DNA from: Tidjanibacter sp.
GTDB lineage: Bacteria; Bacteroidota; Bacteroidia; Bacteroidales; Rikenellaceae
Length of the DNA stretch: 64,000 nt
Direction: 5' to 3'
NCBI GenBank assembly: GCA_045543795.1
Contig: JAZPXV010000015.1
Span: 22,953-86,952, forward strand
Shown: positions 7,804-16,910 of the stretch, piece after piece
Layout of the letters: each line of letters starts with the position of its first letter
Numbering within the stretch: position 1 is the first letter of the stretch
Program-made: the position numbers and the translations under genes
Notes under the pieces: model-generated
Told to the model about the DNA's origin: nothing
Database searches by the model: none
Seen by the model: only the letters and a program-made list of their open reading frames with translations

Positions 7804-10281
7804 CTACTTGAACTTCACTACGGTAACGCCTGCGCCACCTCGGTCGGGGTGGTCGTCGGTAGCCGAGGCCACCTGGGGGATATAGCGCAAGTAGCGGCGT
7901 ATCTCCTCCTTCAGAGCACCCGTACCCTTGCCGTGCAGAATCGTAACCGACCCTATGCCAACCATTATGGCATCGTCGATAAAGTCTTGCACAATATCCA
8001 GCGCATCGGCAGCGCGTTGGCCCCTGACGTCGAGATTGTCGCGGAAGTTGAGTTTGCGGCTCGATATATCTACGCTCACCACCGTACGGGCCGTAGTGGG
8101 CCTTGTCTGTTTCTTATACTCGCTATTCGATATAGCCTCCAGGCGGTCAATGGCAATGGTGGTCATAATCTGGCCAATGGCCACAGTGGCCTTCTTGCCC
8201 TTCATCGACACAACCTCGCCCACACCGTCTTGGCCAACAATGCGCACCTTGGCACCCACCTCGATGGGCAGCACTTTGGGCTCCTCGGGCTTCTGCTCCA
8301 CCTCCGTAGCCTCGCCCCTTTGGGCCTTACGTTCGGCACGTTTTTGGCGGCGGCGCTCAATCTTCTCCATCTCGCGCTCTACCCTCTCGCTCTCGGCCGA
8401 AACGTAGTCGACCTCCTCAACCACGCGCTCCTTGAGCGACTCAATCTCGCGACGGGCCATTCGGGTGGTCTCCTTGTCGGCCTGCGACTCGCGAATAACC
8501 CTCACAGTGTTCTCAATCGTGCGGTTGGTCTGGTCCAAGATGCTCTTTGCATCCTCTTTGGCCTGACGTATGATGGCTGCGCGTTCCTCTTTCAGCTTGG
8601 CGAGTCGGTCGGCATACTCGCTCTCCATCTCCTCCACGCGCTTGTCGGCAATGCGTATGCGCTCGCGTTTCTGCTCCCAGTAGTTGCGGTTGCGAGCCAC
8701 CTCGCGTAGCTGACGTTCGAGGCTTATGACCTCCGAGCCTGCCTTGTCCGAGGCGTTGCGAATGATGCTCTCGGGCAGGCCAATCTTGCGAGCAATCTCA
8801 ATGGCAAACGAGCTGCCTGGCTCGCCCATCTCGAGGCGGAACAGGGGCCTGATGTTCTGCACATCGAACATCATTGCACCATTTACCACCCCTCGGTGGT
8901 TGGAAGCAAAGTATTTAATATTGGTATAGTGAGTCGTAATAACGCCATAGGCCCCTGCCTCGACAAACCTCTCGAGTATGGCCTCCGAGATTGCACCGCC
9001 AATGACGGGCTCGGTACCGCTACCAAACTCGTCAATCAGCAGCAGCGCCCTCTCCGACGCCCCAGCCAACATCTGCTTCATATTGAGCAGGTGCGACGAG
9101 TAGGTACTCAGGTCGTTGTCGATGCTCTGCTGGTCGCCTATGTCGATATATATGTGGTCAAAAATGGGGAGTTCGCTCACAGCGCTGGCCGTAATGGCGA
9201 TACCGCACTGGAACATATACTGCAACAGGCCCACAGTCTTAAGGCAGACCGACTTACCACCTGCATTGGGGCCCGAGATAACCAAAATCCTGCGCCCCTG
9301 GTTGAGCACCAGGTCGAGGGGCACAACCTCTTTGTGCTCCCTGGCCAGAGTCTGCTGCAAGAGTGGGTGGCGAGCATCGCTCAAGCGCAGCACCCCATCC
9401 TCCGACACGATAGCCTTATAGGCACCATTATCAATAGCCCAGCGAGCCTTTGCACGCAGCATATCGAACTGGGCCAAGTAGTGGCCACTGGCTTTCAAGT
9501 CGGGGCAATATGGGCGCAGAGTGGCTGCAAACTCGGTCAAGATGCGTATAACCTCGCGTCGCTCGGCATACTCCAACTCCTTGAGGGCATTGTTAATCTC
9601 TACCACCTCTACTGGCTCGATGTAGACGGTCTTTCCCGTTGCCGACTCGTCGTGAACAAAACCTTTCAGCTTGCGTTTGTTGGCCGCCGCTACGGGGATA
9701 ACCGTGCGTCCCTCGCGCACCGACAGCGAAGCATCACTCTCCACAATGCCGTTTCTGATAGCCTCGGCCAGCACAGCGTGTAGCCTCTTGGCCGCCTGTC
9801 CCTCGTGCGAGCGTATAGAGCGACGTATGTCGTACAGCTCGGGGCTGGCGCTATCGCGCACCTCGCCTGTGCGGTCAATGATGGTGTCGATATGGCCCAC
9901 AATCTCGGGGAAGTAGCCCACCCCCTGGCCCATCTGGGCCGAGAGTGTAAAGCGCTCCTTGCGAGCCTCGAAAAACCTCACACCCTCGCCTACCGACTTA
10001 AGTCCTGCCCTCAGCTGCACAAGTTCCTCACCCTCGAGGAACGACCCCTCGACGGCCAGCTTGCTCACCTCGGCACCAAACTCGGCCAGCTCGCCCTTGG
10101 GGAAGTCGTGCTCCATCATCAGAGCTTCACGGAACTCCTCGGCCACAGCCTGGCGTGCAGCCACCTCGGCCGCATCGGTCGAGAATGTCTGCTCGGCCAT
10201 AAGCGAGGCTCCCGCCGAGGTCGAACACCTCTCGAGCAACTGTGTGCGTATGCGGTCAAAACCGAGTTTCTGTTCTATCAT
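7804..10281 (-). CDS. mutS2: Endonuclease MutS2 (MutS ATPase core plus C-terminal Smr domain)
   Basis: Walker A ISGPNAGGKS, MutS motif STYSSH, DEFGSGTEP, and a C-terminal Smr region (LDVRGQRADDAL...LHGKGTGALK). The start is placed at MIEQKLGF (ATG at 10281). The longer ORF-track N-terminus runs through a repeat module. Confidence 0.9.
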   Translation of the reverse strand: MIEQKLGFDRIRTQLLERCSTSAGASLMAEQTFSTDAAEVAARQAVAEEFREALMMEHDFPKGELAEFGAEVSKLAVEGSFLEGEELVQLRAGLKSVGEGVRFFEARKERFTLSAQMGQGVGYFPEIVGHIDTIIDRTGEVRDSASPELYDIRRSIRSHEGQAAKRLHAVLAEAIRNGIVESDASLSVREGRTVIPVAAANKRKLKGFVHDESATGKTVYIEPVEVVEINNALKELEYAERREVIRILTEFAATLRPYCPDLKASGHYLAQFDMLRAKARWAIDNGAYKAIVSEDGVLRLSDARHPLLQQTLAREHKEVVPLDLVLNQGRRILVISGPNAGGKSVCLKTVGLLQYMFQCGIAITASAVSELPIFDHIYIDIGDQQSIDNDLSTYSSHLLNMKQMLAGASERALLLIDEFGSGTEPVIGGAISEAILERFVEAGAYGVITTHYTNIKYFASNHRGVVNGAMMFDVQNIRPLFRLEMGEPGSSFAIEIARKIGLPESIIRNASDKAGSEVISLERQLREVARNRNYWEQKRERIRIADKRVEEMESEYADRLAKLKEERAAIIRQAKEDAKSILDQTNRTIENTVRVIRESQADKETTRMARREIESLKERVVEEVDYVSAESERVEREMEKIERRRQKRAERKAQRGEATEVEQKPEEPKVLPIEVGAKVRIVGQDGVGEVVSMKGKKATVAIGQIMTTIAIDRLEAISNSEYKKQTRPTTARTVVSVDISSRKLNFRDNLDVRGQRAADALDIVQDFIDDAIMVGIGSVTILHGKGTGALKEEIRRYLRYIPQVASATDDHPDRGGAGVTVVKFK

Positions 10282-10300
10282 TTTGTTCTTTTTTGTTTTG

Positions 10301-10341
10301 TTTTGTCGCTTTTTTGTAAAAAAGCGACGCAAAAAACTTTT
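10301..10341. repeat. 41-bp hairpin module, copy 1 (second copy at 42807-42847)
   Basis: TTTTGTCGCTTTTTTGTAAAAAAGCGACGCAAAAAACTTTT. Its reverse complement matches AAAAGTTTTTTGCGGAGCTTTTTTACAAAAAAGCGACAAAA at 42807-42847 apart from 2 nt. Confidence 0.85.
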
Positions 10342-10419
10342 CTGAGATACTCGCTTCGCTCATATCTCTTACACTCCATAGGTAATACTTCTATGCAAGG
10401 CTGAATTTCGGCAAATGTT

Positions 10420-10588
10420 GAAAATCAAAAATCTGTGCCGAAGGCACTCCTCAATTTTCCATTTTCGCAAATGCGAGTAAGCGAGAGCAGAGCAAATTCA
10501 TTTGCTCTGCCGAGCGGGAGCATTTTAGACAAAATTTATTTTGTCAATTTTCAATTCGTCGGTCGACGGTTGACGGTCGACGGTCGAC
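10420..10588. repeat. Mosaic of intergenic modules between lptD-like and mutS2
   Basis: GAAAATCAAAAAT, then GTGCCGAAGGCAC (10435-10447), then CAATTTTCCATTTTC. Next is the palindrome GCAGAGCAAAT-TC-ATTTGCTCTGC, then GACAAAAT-TT-ATTTTGTC, then CAATTTTCAATTC, then the 7-bp array TCGACGG TTGACGG TCGACGG TCGAC. Confidence 0.8.
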
Positions 10589-10591
10589 CCC

Positions 10592-13378
10592 CTACTCGTA
10601 CAGCTGGTCGTAGTGCGATGAGCTCTTCTCGTACTTGAGGTCTTGCAGCAGCGATGACTTGACATTGATGCGGAAGCTCCAGCTCTTGCGGTAACCAAAC
10701 GGCACACACGAGAAGTTCATCTGCCAACAGTGCAGGTCACGCACTATATTCACAACGCCAGGCGTAAGTTCCTTCTTATCAAAGTCGAAACCACCCGTAT
10801 AGGATATTGCCCAGTTGTTTTGCTTGTCGAGCGTCACCGAGGCATTGAATCCGAGCGTATTGACCACTCGGGACTTCACACCGTTGTTGGTGTAGTTAAT
10901 CGAGTAGTTGAAAGACACGTTCCACGGCATCGAGAAGTCGTAGTACTGCGAGGTCATAAGTTGTCGCCTCAAGGCCGGATCGAGCGGGTCGTTGGGGTCG
11001 TAGAAATATGGGTTCGAGTACTCGGGATAGTCCTTCGATATATCGTTGATGGTGGCCTCGGTGTAGAGGTTCGACGAGTTGAACGTATAGCCGCACGACC
11101 AACCCGTAGAGGCAATACGGCCAGGGATACCGCGTGTGAGCAACAGCAGTTTGTTGTAGCGCTTACCCGTAGTTTTGTCGACCTCGTATGGGTCGAGTGT
11201 CATCGAGATGTTGATACCGAACTTGGGAATAATACTCGAGCGTATTCGCACAGGTATCGACTGCGACAGTTTCATCGAGTCGGCCAGGAAGTTGTAGCCC
11301 AGCGAGAACGAGAAGTCGTCGATAATCTTCACCTTCTTCACACCCGTAGTATCCTCGTCGCTCTTGACCTTCGCCTCGAGGGTTTGGGCCATCGAGAACG
11401 ATATGCTGGCGTTGCGACCGCTACTGGGCACGCCATAGAGGTCACCTGCATAGGGCGAGTACTTGACGGTCTTTTCGGGGTCGGGGCCTGCCTGAACGGT
11501 CTTCCAGTAGCCATACTTCTCTTTGCTAAAGTCGGGCGCTATCGAGCCGCTCAAACTCATATTTATGGTGTGGCGAATGGCCTTGACGTATGCGTTGGGA
11601 TTCTTGAACTGGTAAAGACCATACAGGGTGGTGTTGGCCGATACCGAGGCGTTGTAGTCGTAGACGCGGTAGAAGCCCCTGACGGTATCTTTGTCGATAA
11701 TCTGCGTTTCGGGGTTCCAGGTCTGCTCGACCTTGCGGAAGTACCAGCGCTCGGTGTAGTTCACCGAGGGCGAGAGGTTGATGTAACCCAGCACGTTGAA
11801 CGATGCACTGATGGGCAGCGAGTGGCGCACACCATTGCGGAATTGGCCCAGTGCCTGCTTGGTGAAGAGCACATCGTCGGTGGTCTTGATTGAGTTCTCC
11901 ATCTGCGCCTTGTAGGTCATAGCAATCTTCTCGTACCAGCGCTCCTTGCCCACCACAACCTTGCGTTTGAAGGGGTAGAAACGGTTTACGTTAAGGTTAA
12001 TCGAGGGCAGACCGAGCGACACATCACCCGTATTGAGGTTTTGCGAATACTGAATATTGGCCGACATCGAGATTGGGGTACCCTTCCACGAGTGCGAGTA
12101 GGCAATCGACGAGTTGGTCTGGGCGTTCAGATACTCGCTCAGAGAGGTCGATGCCAACTTGTTGTAACCGCTTGTCGAGAAGTTGACGTTGGCCGAGAAG
12201 GTCGAGTTGGGGTTGTACTTCGAGTCTTGGCTGTGTGTCCAGGTCACCTTGAAGTTGTTGGAGTTCTGGTAGTCGGCCGACCCCTTTTCGCCGATAACTG
12301 TCTTGGCATAGTTCACGCCCACCGAGCCGTTGAACTTGTAGCGCACGCGGTAGTTTGATGCTGCGGCCAACTCCCACGAGCCGAGGGTGTAGATACCACC
12401 CGTCAGCTTGAGGTCAATATAGTCGTTGAAGGCAAAGTAGTAGCCACCATTGCGCAGATAGAAGCCTCGAGTTGCATCCTCGCCATACGATGGCATAATG
12501 AAACCCGTCTTGCGCTTCATATTCATCGGGAAGAATATCTCGGGGATGACCAGTGGCAGGGGCACATCGGCAACGACCAAGTAAAGTGGGCCCGAGACAA
12601 TCTTCTCGCCTGGGATAAACTTGGCCTTGGTCATACTGATGTAGTAGTGTGGGTGGTCGGTGTGTTCGCAGGTGGTGTAGACGCCGCCACGAATGTTGAA
12701 CGACTTGTCGGGCATCATCTTCACCTCTTTACCCGTCAGATAGCCCTCGCCATCTTTGGTCACTACGCCCTTAATCTTGGCTCGCTTGGTGTCGATGTTG
12801 TAGGTTACGGTGTCCATCGTGTAGGTGGCGCCCGCCTCGGTAAACTCGGGTCGGGTGTGGCCGTATGCCGAGGTGTCGGCCTTGCCGTATGCCAGAATCT
12901 CTTTCGACTCCATCGACACACGCATATAGTCGGCCTTGATGTTCATATTGCCGTAGGTCACATCGCCCTGCTCGTAGATGTGTACCATCTTGCCCCTCAC
13001 GTCGTAGTAGAGCGAGTCTTTGTTCTTGCCGTTGATAATCTCCTCGAGGAAGTTCTTTTGCTTGCGCCCTGCGGTGTCGGCAGGTACCGAGTCTACACCA
13101 ATGGTGAGCAGACTGTCGATAGCGCTTTGCTGTGCCCTTACCTCAAGCGAGTCGGAGCCCATAAAGGCCCTGCTGCGTTCGAGCTGCTTGACACGCTCGG
13201 GCGCAGTGGTCTGCAAAGAATCTTTGGCGGAGAGTAATTTTTTTTCGCTCGCGGGCAAATTTTGTGCCCCGAGTGAGCCTACTCCAGCCAAAAATAAGGC
13301 AGACAGAAGTGTGTATTTTATCGTCTTAAAATCCAAAATATCGCAAAAAAGTGTTACCTTTGCCGACAAGGTCGGCAA
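10592..13378 (-). CDS. Large outer-membrane beta-barrel protein, LptD/OstA-like (putative LPS assembly protein)
   Basis: 928 aa with a signal-like N-terminus, aromatic-rich alternating beta-strand composition throughout, and a C-terminal aromatic end. Its size and position beside the amidase fit Bacteroidetes LptD-like proteins. Confidence 0.6.
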   Translation of the reverse strand: MPTLSAKVTLFCDILDFKTIKYTLLSALFLAGVGSLGAQNLPASEKKLLSAKDSLQTTAPERVKQLERSRAFMGSDSLEVRAQQSAIDSLLTIGVDSVPADTAGRKQKNFLEEIINGKNKDSLYYDVRGKMVHIYEQGDVTYGNMNIKADYMRVSMESKEILAYGKADTSAYGHTRPEFTEAGATYTMDTVTYNIDTKRAKIKGVVTKDGEGYLTGKEVKMMPDKSFNIRGGVYTTCEHTDHPHYYISMTKAKFIPGEKIVSGPLYLVVADVPLPLVIPEIFFPMNMKRKTGFIMPSYGEDATRGFYLRNGGYYFAFNDYIDLKLTGGIYTLGSWELAAASNYRVRYKFNGSVGVNYAKTVIGEKGSADYQNSNNFKVTWTHSQDSKYNPNSTFSANVNFSTSGYNKLASTSLSEYLNAQTNSSIAYSHSWKGTPISMSANIQYSQNLNTGDVSLGLPSINLNVNRFYPFKRKVVVGKERWYEKIAMTYKAQMENSIKTTDDVLFTKQALGQFRNGVRHSLPISASFNVLGYINLSPSVNYTERWYFRKVEQTWNPETQIIDKDTVRGFYRVYDYNASVSANTTLYGLYQFKNPNAYVKAIRHTINMSLSGSIAPDFSKEKYGYWKTVQAGPDPEKTVKYSPYAGDLYGVPSSGRNASISFSMAQTLEAKVKSDEDTTGVKKVKIIDDFSFSLGYNFLADSMKLSQSIPVRIRSSIIPKFGINISMTLDPYEVDKTTGKRYNKLLLLTRGIPGRIASTGWSCGYTFNSSNLYTEATINDISKDYPEYSNPYFYDPNDPLDPALRRQLMTSQYYDFSMPWNVSFNYSINYTNNGVKSRVVNTLGFNASVTLDKQNNWAISYTGGFDFDKKELTPGVVNIVRDLHCWQMNFSCVPFGYRKSWSFRINVKSSLLQDLKYEKSSSHYDQLYE

Positions 13379-13445
13379 AACCCCACAAAAATGGGCCCTT
13401 CGACCCGATTAACGTAGTTAATTATTCAGCAAAAATAACAAAAAA

Positions 13446-14669
13446 ATGAAAGCTACAACTCGCTTTTTGATGATATTAACGCTTTGTTTGCCTTTTGTCG
13501 TATCGGCACAGACCAAAAACGAGCTGCCCGATGTGGGAATCGACTGTGTGGTTATTGATGCTGGACACGGTGGCAAAGACCCTGGATGCTCGTGGGGAGG
13601 CAACCTCGAGAAGGACCTCAACCTGCGCGTGGCACTACGCCTTGGCGCTATGATTGAGCAGGCCTATCCCGACGTAAAGGTCATCTACACTCGCAAAGAC
13701 GACCGCTTCATCGAGCTGCACGAGAGGGGCGACATTGCCAACCGCGCAGGGGCCGACCTGTTCATATCGATTCACACCGACGCTGTGGGCAACAACACCG
13801 CCCACGGCAACTCGACCTACATAATGGGTAACGACAAGAGCGAAAAAAACCTTGCCGTAGCGCAGAGGGAGAACTCGGTAATCGTTATGGAGGGCGACTA
13901 TGAGGCCAAATACGAGGGCTACGACCCCAATAGTGCCGAGAGTTTTATCATCTTCTCGCTGATGCAGTATGCCTATTCGGAGCAGAGTATGATTTTTGCA
14001 GAGATGGTGCAGAAGCACTACTCGCTCAACACCCCCATAACCAACCGCGGTGCTCGCCAGGCCCCCTATCTGGTGCTGTGGCGCACAGCTATGCCTGCGG
14101 TGCTGACCGAGCTGGGCTTTATGACCAACAAGAGCGATAGGGATTACCTGTTGAGCCCCGAGGGTGAGCAGGCTGTGTCGAAGGCTCTGTTCGACGCCTT
14201 CAGCGAGTACCGCACCAAGTGCGCCGACAAGGCGAACCTTGCCCAACCCCAACAACCTCAACAGCCCCAGGCCGAAGTTAAGGCCGAGCAACCAAAGGCC
14301 GAGCAGCCCAAAGCCGAGGTAAAAGCCGAAGAGCCAAAGGCCGAGGTGAAGAAAGAGGAGCCCAAGCCCCAGGAGCCAAAAGAGCAACCCCAGGTTAAGC
14401 AGGAGCCCAAAGAGGAGCCACTGAAGTTCTACGCCCAGTTGTGTACCCTCTCGGCCAAGAGTAACCCCAACGATGCCAAGTTTGGCCACTACAAGGGGCG
14501 CATTGTGCAGAAGCAGACCGCCAGTGGCAAGTGGCGCTGTATGGTCGAGGGCAAAGATTACAACGAGGCCAAGCGCATAGCTGCCGAGGCTGACAAGCGT
14601 GGCTTCAAAGGGGCCTTTGTGGTGGCCTTCCGAGGCGACAAGTGGATACCCCTGGCCGAAGCACGATAG
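13446..14669 (+). CDS. N-acetylmuramoyl-L-alanine amidase (Amidase_3) with a K/E/P-rich linker and C-terminal SPOR-like domain
   Basis: VIDAGHGGKDPG and SIHTDA zinc-ligand motifs. The linker is KAEQPKAEQPKAEVKAEEPKAEVKKEEPKPQEPKEQPQVKQEPKEEP. The C-terminus is FYAQLCTLSAKSNPND...GFKGAFVVAF. Confidence 0.85.
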   Translation: MKATTRFLMILTLCLPFVVSAQTKNELPDVGIDCVVIDAGHGGKDPGCSWGGNLEKDLNLRVALRLGAMIEQAYPDVKVIYTRKDDRFIELHERGDIANRAGADLFISIHTDAVGNNTAHGNSTYIMGNDKSEKNLAVAQRENSVIVMEGDYEAKYEGYDPNSAESFIIFSLMQYAYSEQSMIFAEMVQKHYSLNTPITNRGARQAPYLVLWRTAMPAVLTELGFMTNKSDRDYLLSPEGEQAVSKALFDAFSEYRTKCADKANLAQPQQPQQPQAEVKAEQPKAEQPKAEVKAEEPKAEVKKEEPKPQEPKEQPQVKQEPKEEPLKFYAQLCTLSAKSNPNDAKFGHYKGRIVQKQTASGKWRCMVEGKDYNEAKRIAAEADKRGFKGAFVVAFRGDKWIPLAEAR

Positions 14670-14733
14670 AAACAGCCCCTCCAACACGAACAAACGAACA
14701 CAAAACAATAACTCAACACACACAAACAACTTT

Positions 14734-16830
14734 ATGAAAAAGAACTTATTGGCAGTAGTTATGACAGCAGCTGTGATAATGAGCGGTTGTGACAACAACC
14801 CACTGATTAACCCCGCCGACACCCCCTTCGGCACCCCCGAATTCTCGAAAATCAAAATCGAGCACTATATGCCCGCCTTTGAGCAGGGCCTCAAAGAGGC
14901 TCGCGCCGAGTTGGAGGCAGCAATCAACAACCCCGAGGCTCCCACCTTCGAGAATACCATCGAGGCTATGGAGCGCGGTGGCGAGTTGCTCAACCGCGTG
15001 TCGACCATCTTCTTTGTGCTCGACGGCAATGAGACCTCGCCCGAGATGCAGGCACTGGCCCTGGAGATTCAGCCCAAGTTGGTTGAGTTCTACAACGATA
15101 TGAACCTCAACCCCACCCTGTGGCAGAGGGTTAAGGCTGTCTACGAGCAGCGCGAAAGCCTCAACCTGACCGAGGAGCAGGCCAAACTGCTCGACGACAC
15201 CTACAAGGGCTTTGTGCGCTCGGGTGCCAATTTGAGCGACGAGCAGAAGGAGGAGTATCGCAAGATTTCGACCGAGCTGTCGAATATGACTCTCAAGTTT
15301 GGTCAGAACGTACTGGCCGCAACCAATGCCTACACCCTCAACATCACCAACCCCGATGAGGTGGCCGAGTTGCCCGACTTTGTGAAAGAGAATCTGGCTG
15401 CCGAGGCCAAGGCTCGTGGTCAGGAGGGTTGGACCGTAACCCTGCAGGCTGCAAGTATGTCGCCCTTCTTGACCTACTCGTCGAACAGGGACTACAAAGA
15501 GCAGGTGTGGAAGGCCTACAACTCGCGCTGTATTGGTGGCGAGCTGGACAACACCGAGCTGATTAAGGGCATCACCGAGCTGAGGCTCAAGAGTGCACAG
15601 TTGTTTGGCTACGAGACCTATGCCGACTTTGTGCTGGAGGAGCGTATGGCCGAGAATCCCCAGACCGTAACTTCGTTCCTCGACGAGCTGCTGACCGCCA
15701 CCATTGGTCAGGCTCGCCGCGAGGTTGCAGAGGTGCAGCGCTACGCACGTCGCAATGGCGCCAACTACGAGCTTATGCCCTGGGACTTTGCCTACTGGAG
15801 CGAGAAGTACAAAAACGCCACCTATGCGTATAACGAGGAGGACGTAAAACCCTACTTCGAGCTGGAGAATGTAAAGAAAGGTATCTTTGAGTTGGCAGGC
15901 AGGCTCTACGGAATCAAATTTGTTCAGAATACCGAGGTGGATGTTTACCACCCCGACGTGCAGGTTTACGAGGTACGCGAGGCCAACGACGAGCTGCTGG
16001 GTCTGCTCTATATGGACTTCTTCCCCCGTGCAACCAAGAGCGGCGGTGCTTGGATGACTTCGTTCCGCGACGTGTATGTAGACAAGGATGGCAACGAGGT
16101 GCGCCCCTTGATTTCGATGTGTGGCAACTTCACCAAGCCCACCGAGAGCACCCCTTCGCTCTTGACCTTCGACGAGTTCACCACCTTCTTGCACGAGTTT
16201 GGCCACTGCCTGCACGGCCTGTTTGGCAAGGGTAGCTACGCTTCGCTGACCGGCACTTCGGTCTACCGCGACTTTGTTGAGCTTCCCAGCCAGATTATGG
16301 AGAACTGGGCTACCGAGCCCGAGTTCCTCGACATCGTAGCCGTTCACTACCAGACCGGCGAGAAGATGCCCGAGGAGCTGAGGAGCAAGATTATCGACTC
16401 GAAGAACTACTTGGCAGCCTACTACAACACCCGTCAGGTGGCCTATGGTAGCAGCGATATGAAGTTCCACTCGATTACCGCCCCCATTGCCGATGCAGTA
16501 GCCTTCGAGAAAGAGGCTCGCGCTGCTTGCGAGGTGCTGCCCACCATCGAGGGTTACTCGCCTTGCGCTGCCTTCACCCACGTTTTCTCGGGCGGTTATG
16601 CCGCAGGCTACTATGGCTACAAGTGGGCCGAGGTGCTCGATGCCGACGCCTTTGCGCTGTTCAAAGAGAAGGGCATCTTCAACCAGGAGGTTGCCGCCTC
16701 GTTCCGCGAGAACATCCTCTCGAAGGGTGGTATCCGTCACCCTATGGAGCTCTACGTTGCCTTCCGTGGCCACAAGCCCGCAACCCAGGCTCTGATCGAC
16801 GAGATTGTAGTGCCTGCAAAGAGGAAATAG
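14734..16830 (+). CDS. dcp: M3 family peptidyl-dipeptidase (Dcp-like), lipoprotein
   Basis: HEFGH zinc motif (FLHEFGHCLHG). I chose the start MKKNLLAVVMTAAVIMSGC (ATG at 14734, lipobox) rather than the ORF-track start at 14599. Confidence 0.85.
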   Translation: MKKNLLAVVMTAAVIMSGCDNNPLINPADTPFGTPEFSKIKIEHYMPAFEQGLKEARAELEAAINNPEAPTFENTIEAMERGGELLNRVSTIFFVLDGNETSPEMQALALEIQPKLVEFYNDMNLNPTLWQRVKAVYEQRESLNLTEEQAKLLDDTYKGFVRSGANLSDEQKEEYRKISTELSNMTLKFGQNVLAATNAYTLNITNPDEVAELPDFVKENLAAEAKARGQEGWTVTLQAASMSPFLTYSSNRDYKEQVWKAYNSRCIGGELDNTELIKGITELRLKSAQLFGYETYADFVLEERMAENPQTVTSFLDELLTATIGQARREVAEVQRYARRNGANYELMPWDFAYWSEKYKNATYAYNEEDVKPYFELENVKKGIFELAGRLYGIKFVQNTEVDVYHPDVQVYEVREANDELLGLLYMDFFPRATKSGGAWMTSFRDVYVDKDGNEVRPLISMCGNFTKPTESTPSLLTFDEFTTFLHEFGHCLHGLFGKGSYASLTGTSVYRDFVELPSQIMENWATEPEFLDIVAVHYQTGEKMPEELRSKIIDSKNYLAAYYNTRQVAYGSSDMKFHSITAPIADAVAFEKEARAACEVLPTIEGYSPCAAFTHVFSGGYAAGYYGYKWAEVLDADAFALFKEKGIFNQEVAASFRENILSKGGIRHPMELYVAFRGHKPATQALIDEIVVPAKRK

Positions 16831-16910
16831 TTTTTCACAATGGGGTGGCGCACCACCCCGTTGTAGAGATAGGATAATAAAACCACACTCACCACCAAAA
16901 CGCCAAGCCT

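Noticed and set aside
10282-10332. Longer N-termini given by the ORF track for mutS2 (MRRFFTKKRQNKTKKNK...), DoxX (to 4084), dcp (from 14599), xerC (to 56910), the GH73 protein (to 45989), the hypothetical protein (to 45150) and the PG0541-like protein (from 53768).
   Set aside because: The extensions run through repeat modules, terminators or upstream genes. Internal ATGs give canonical N-termini (signal peptides, lipoboxes, conserved starts).
14746-16773. 675-aa ORF antisense to the first dcp gene. The same applies to 20394-22169, 52371-53978, 4678-6135, 31102-32298, 38536-39816, 34965-36167, 13635-14855, 7759-8709, 8896-9783, 10730-11893, 24039-25124, 25932-26963, 26925-27797, 28663-29601, 45096-45923, 49854-50741, 51108-52280 and 62914-63636.
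   Set aside because: Each lies opposite a gene with clear motifs. For the ten I checked arithmetically, it lies in the codon-aligned antisense register. The products are V/L/G/A/H/Q-rich with no motifs. They are shadow ORFs caused by avoidance of TTA, CTA and TCA codons.
16841-16858. The GGGGTG-GCGC-CACCCC hairpin after the first dcp gene as a terminator.
   Set aside because: The stem is only 6 bp with no T-tract on either side. It is too weak to call.
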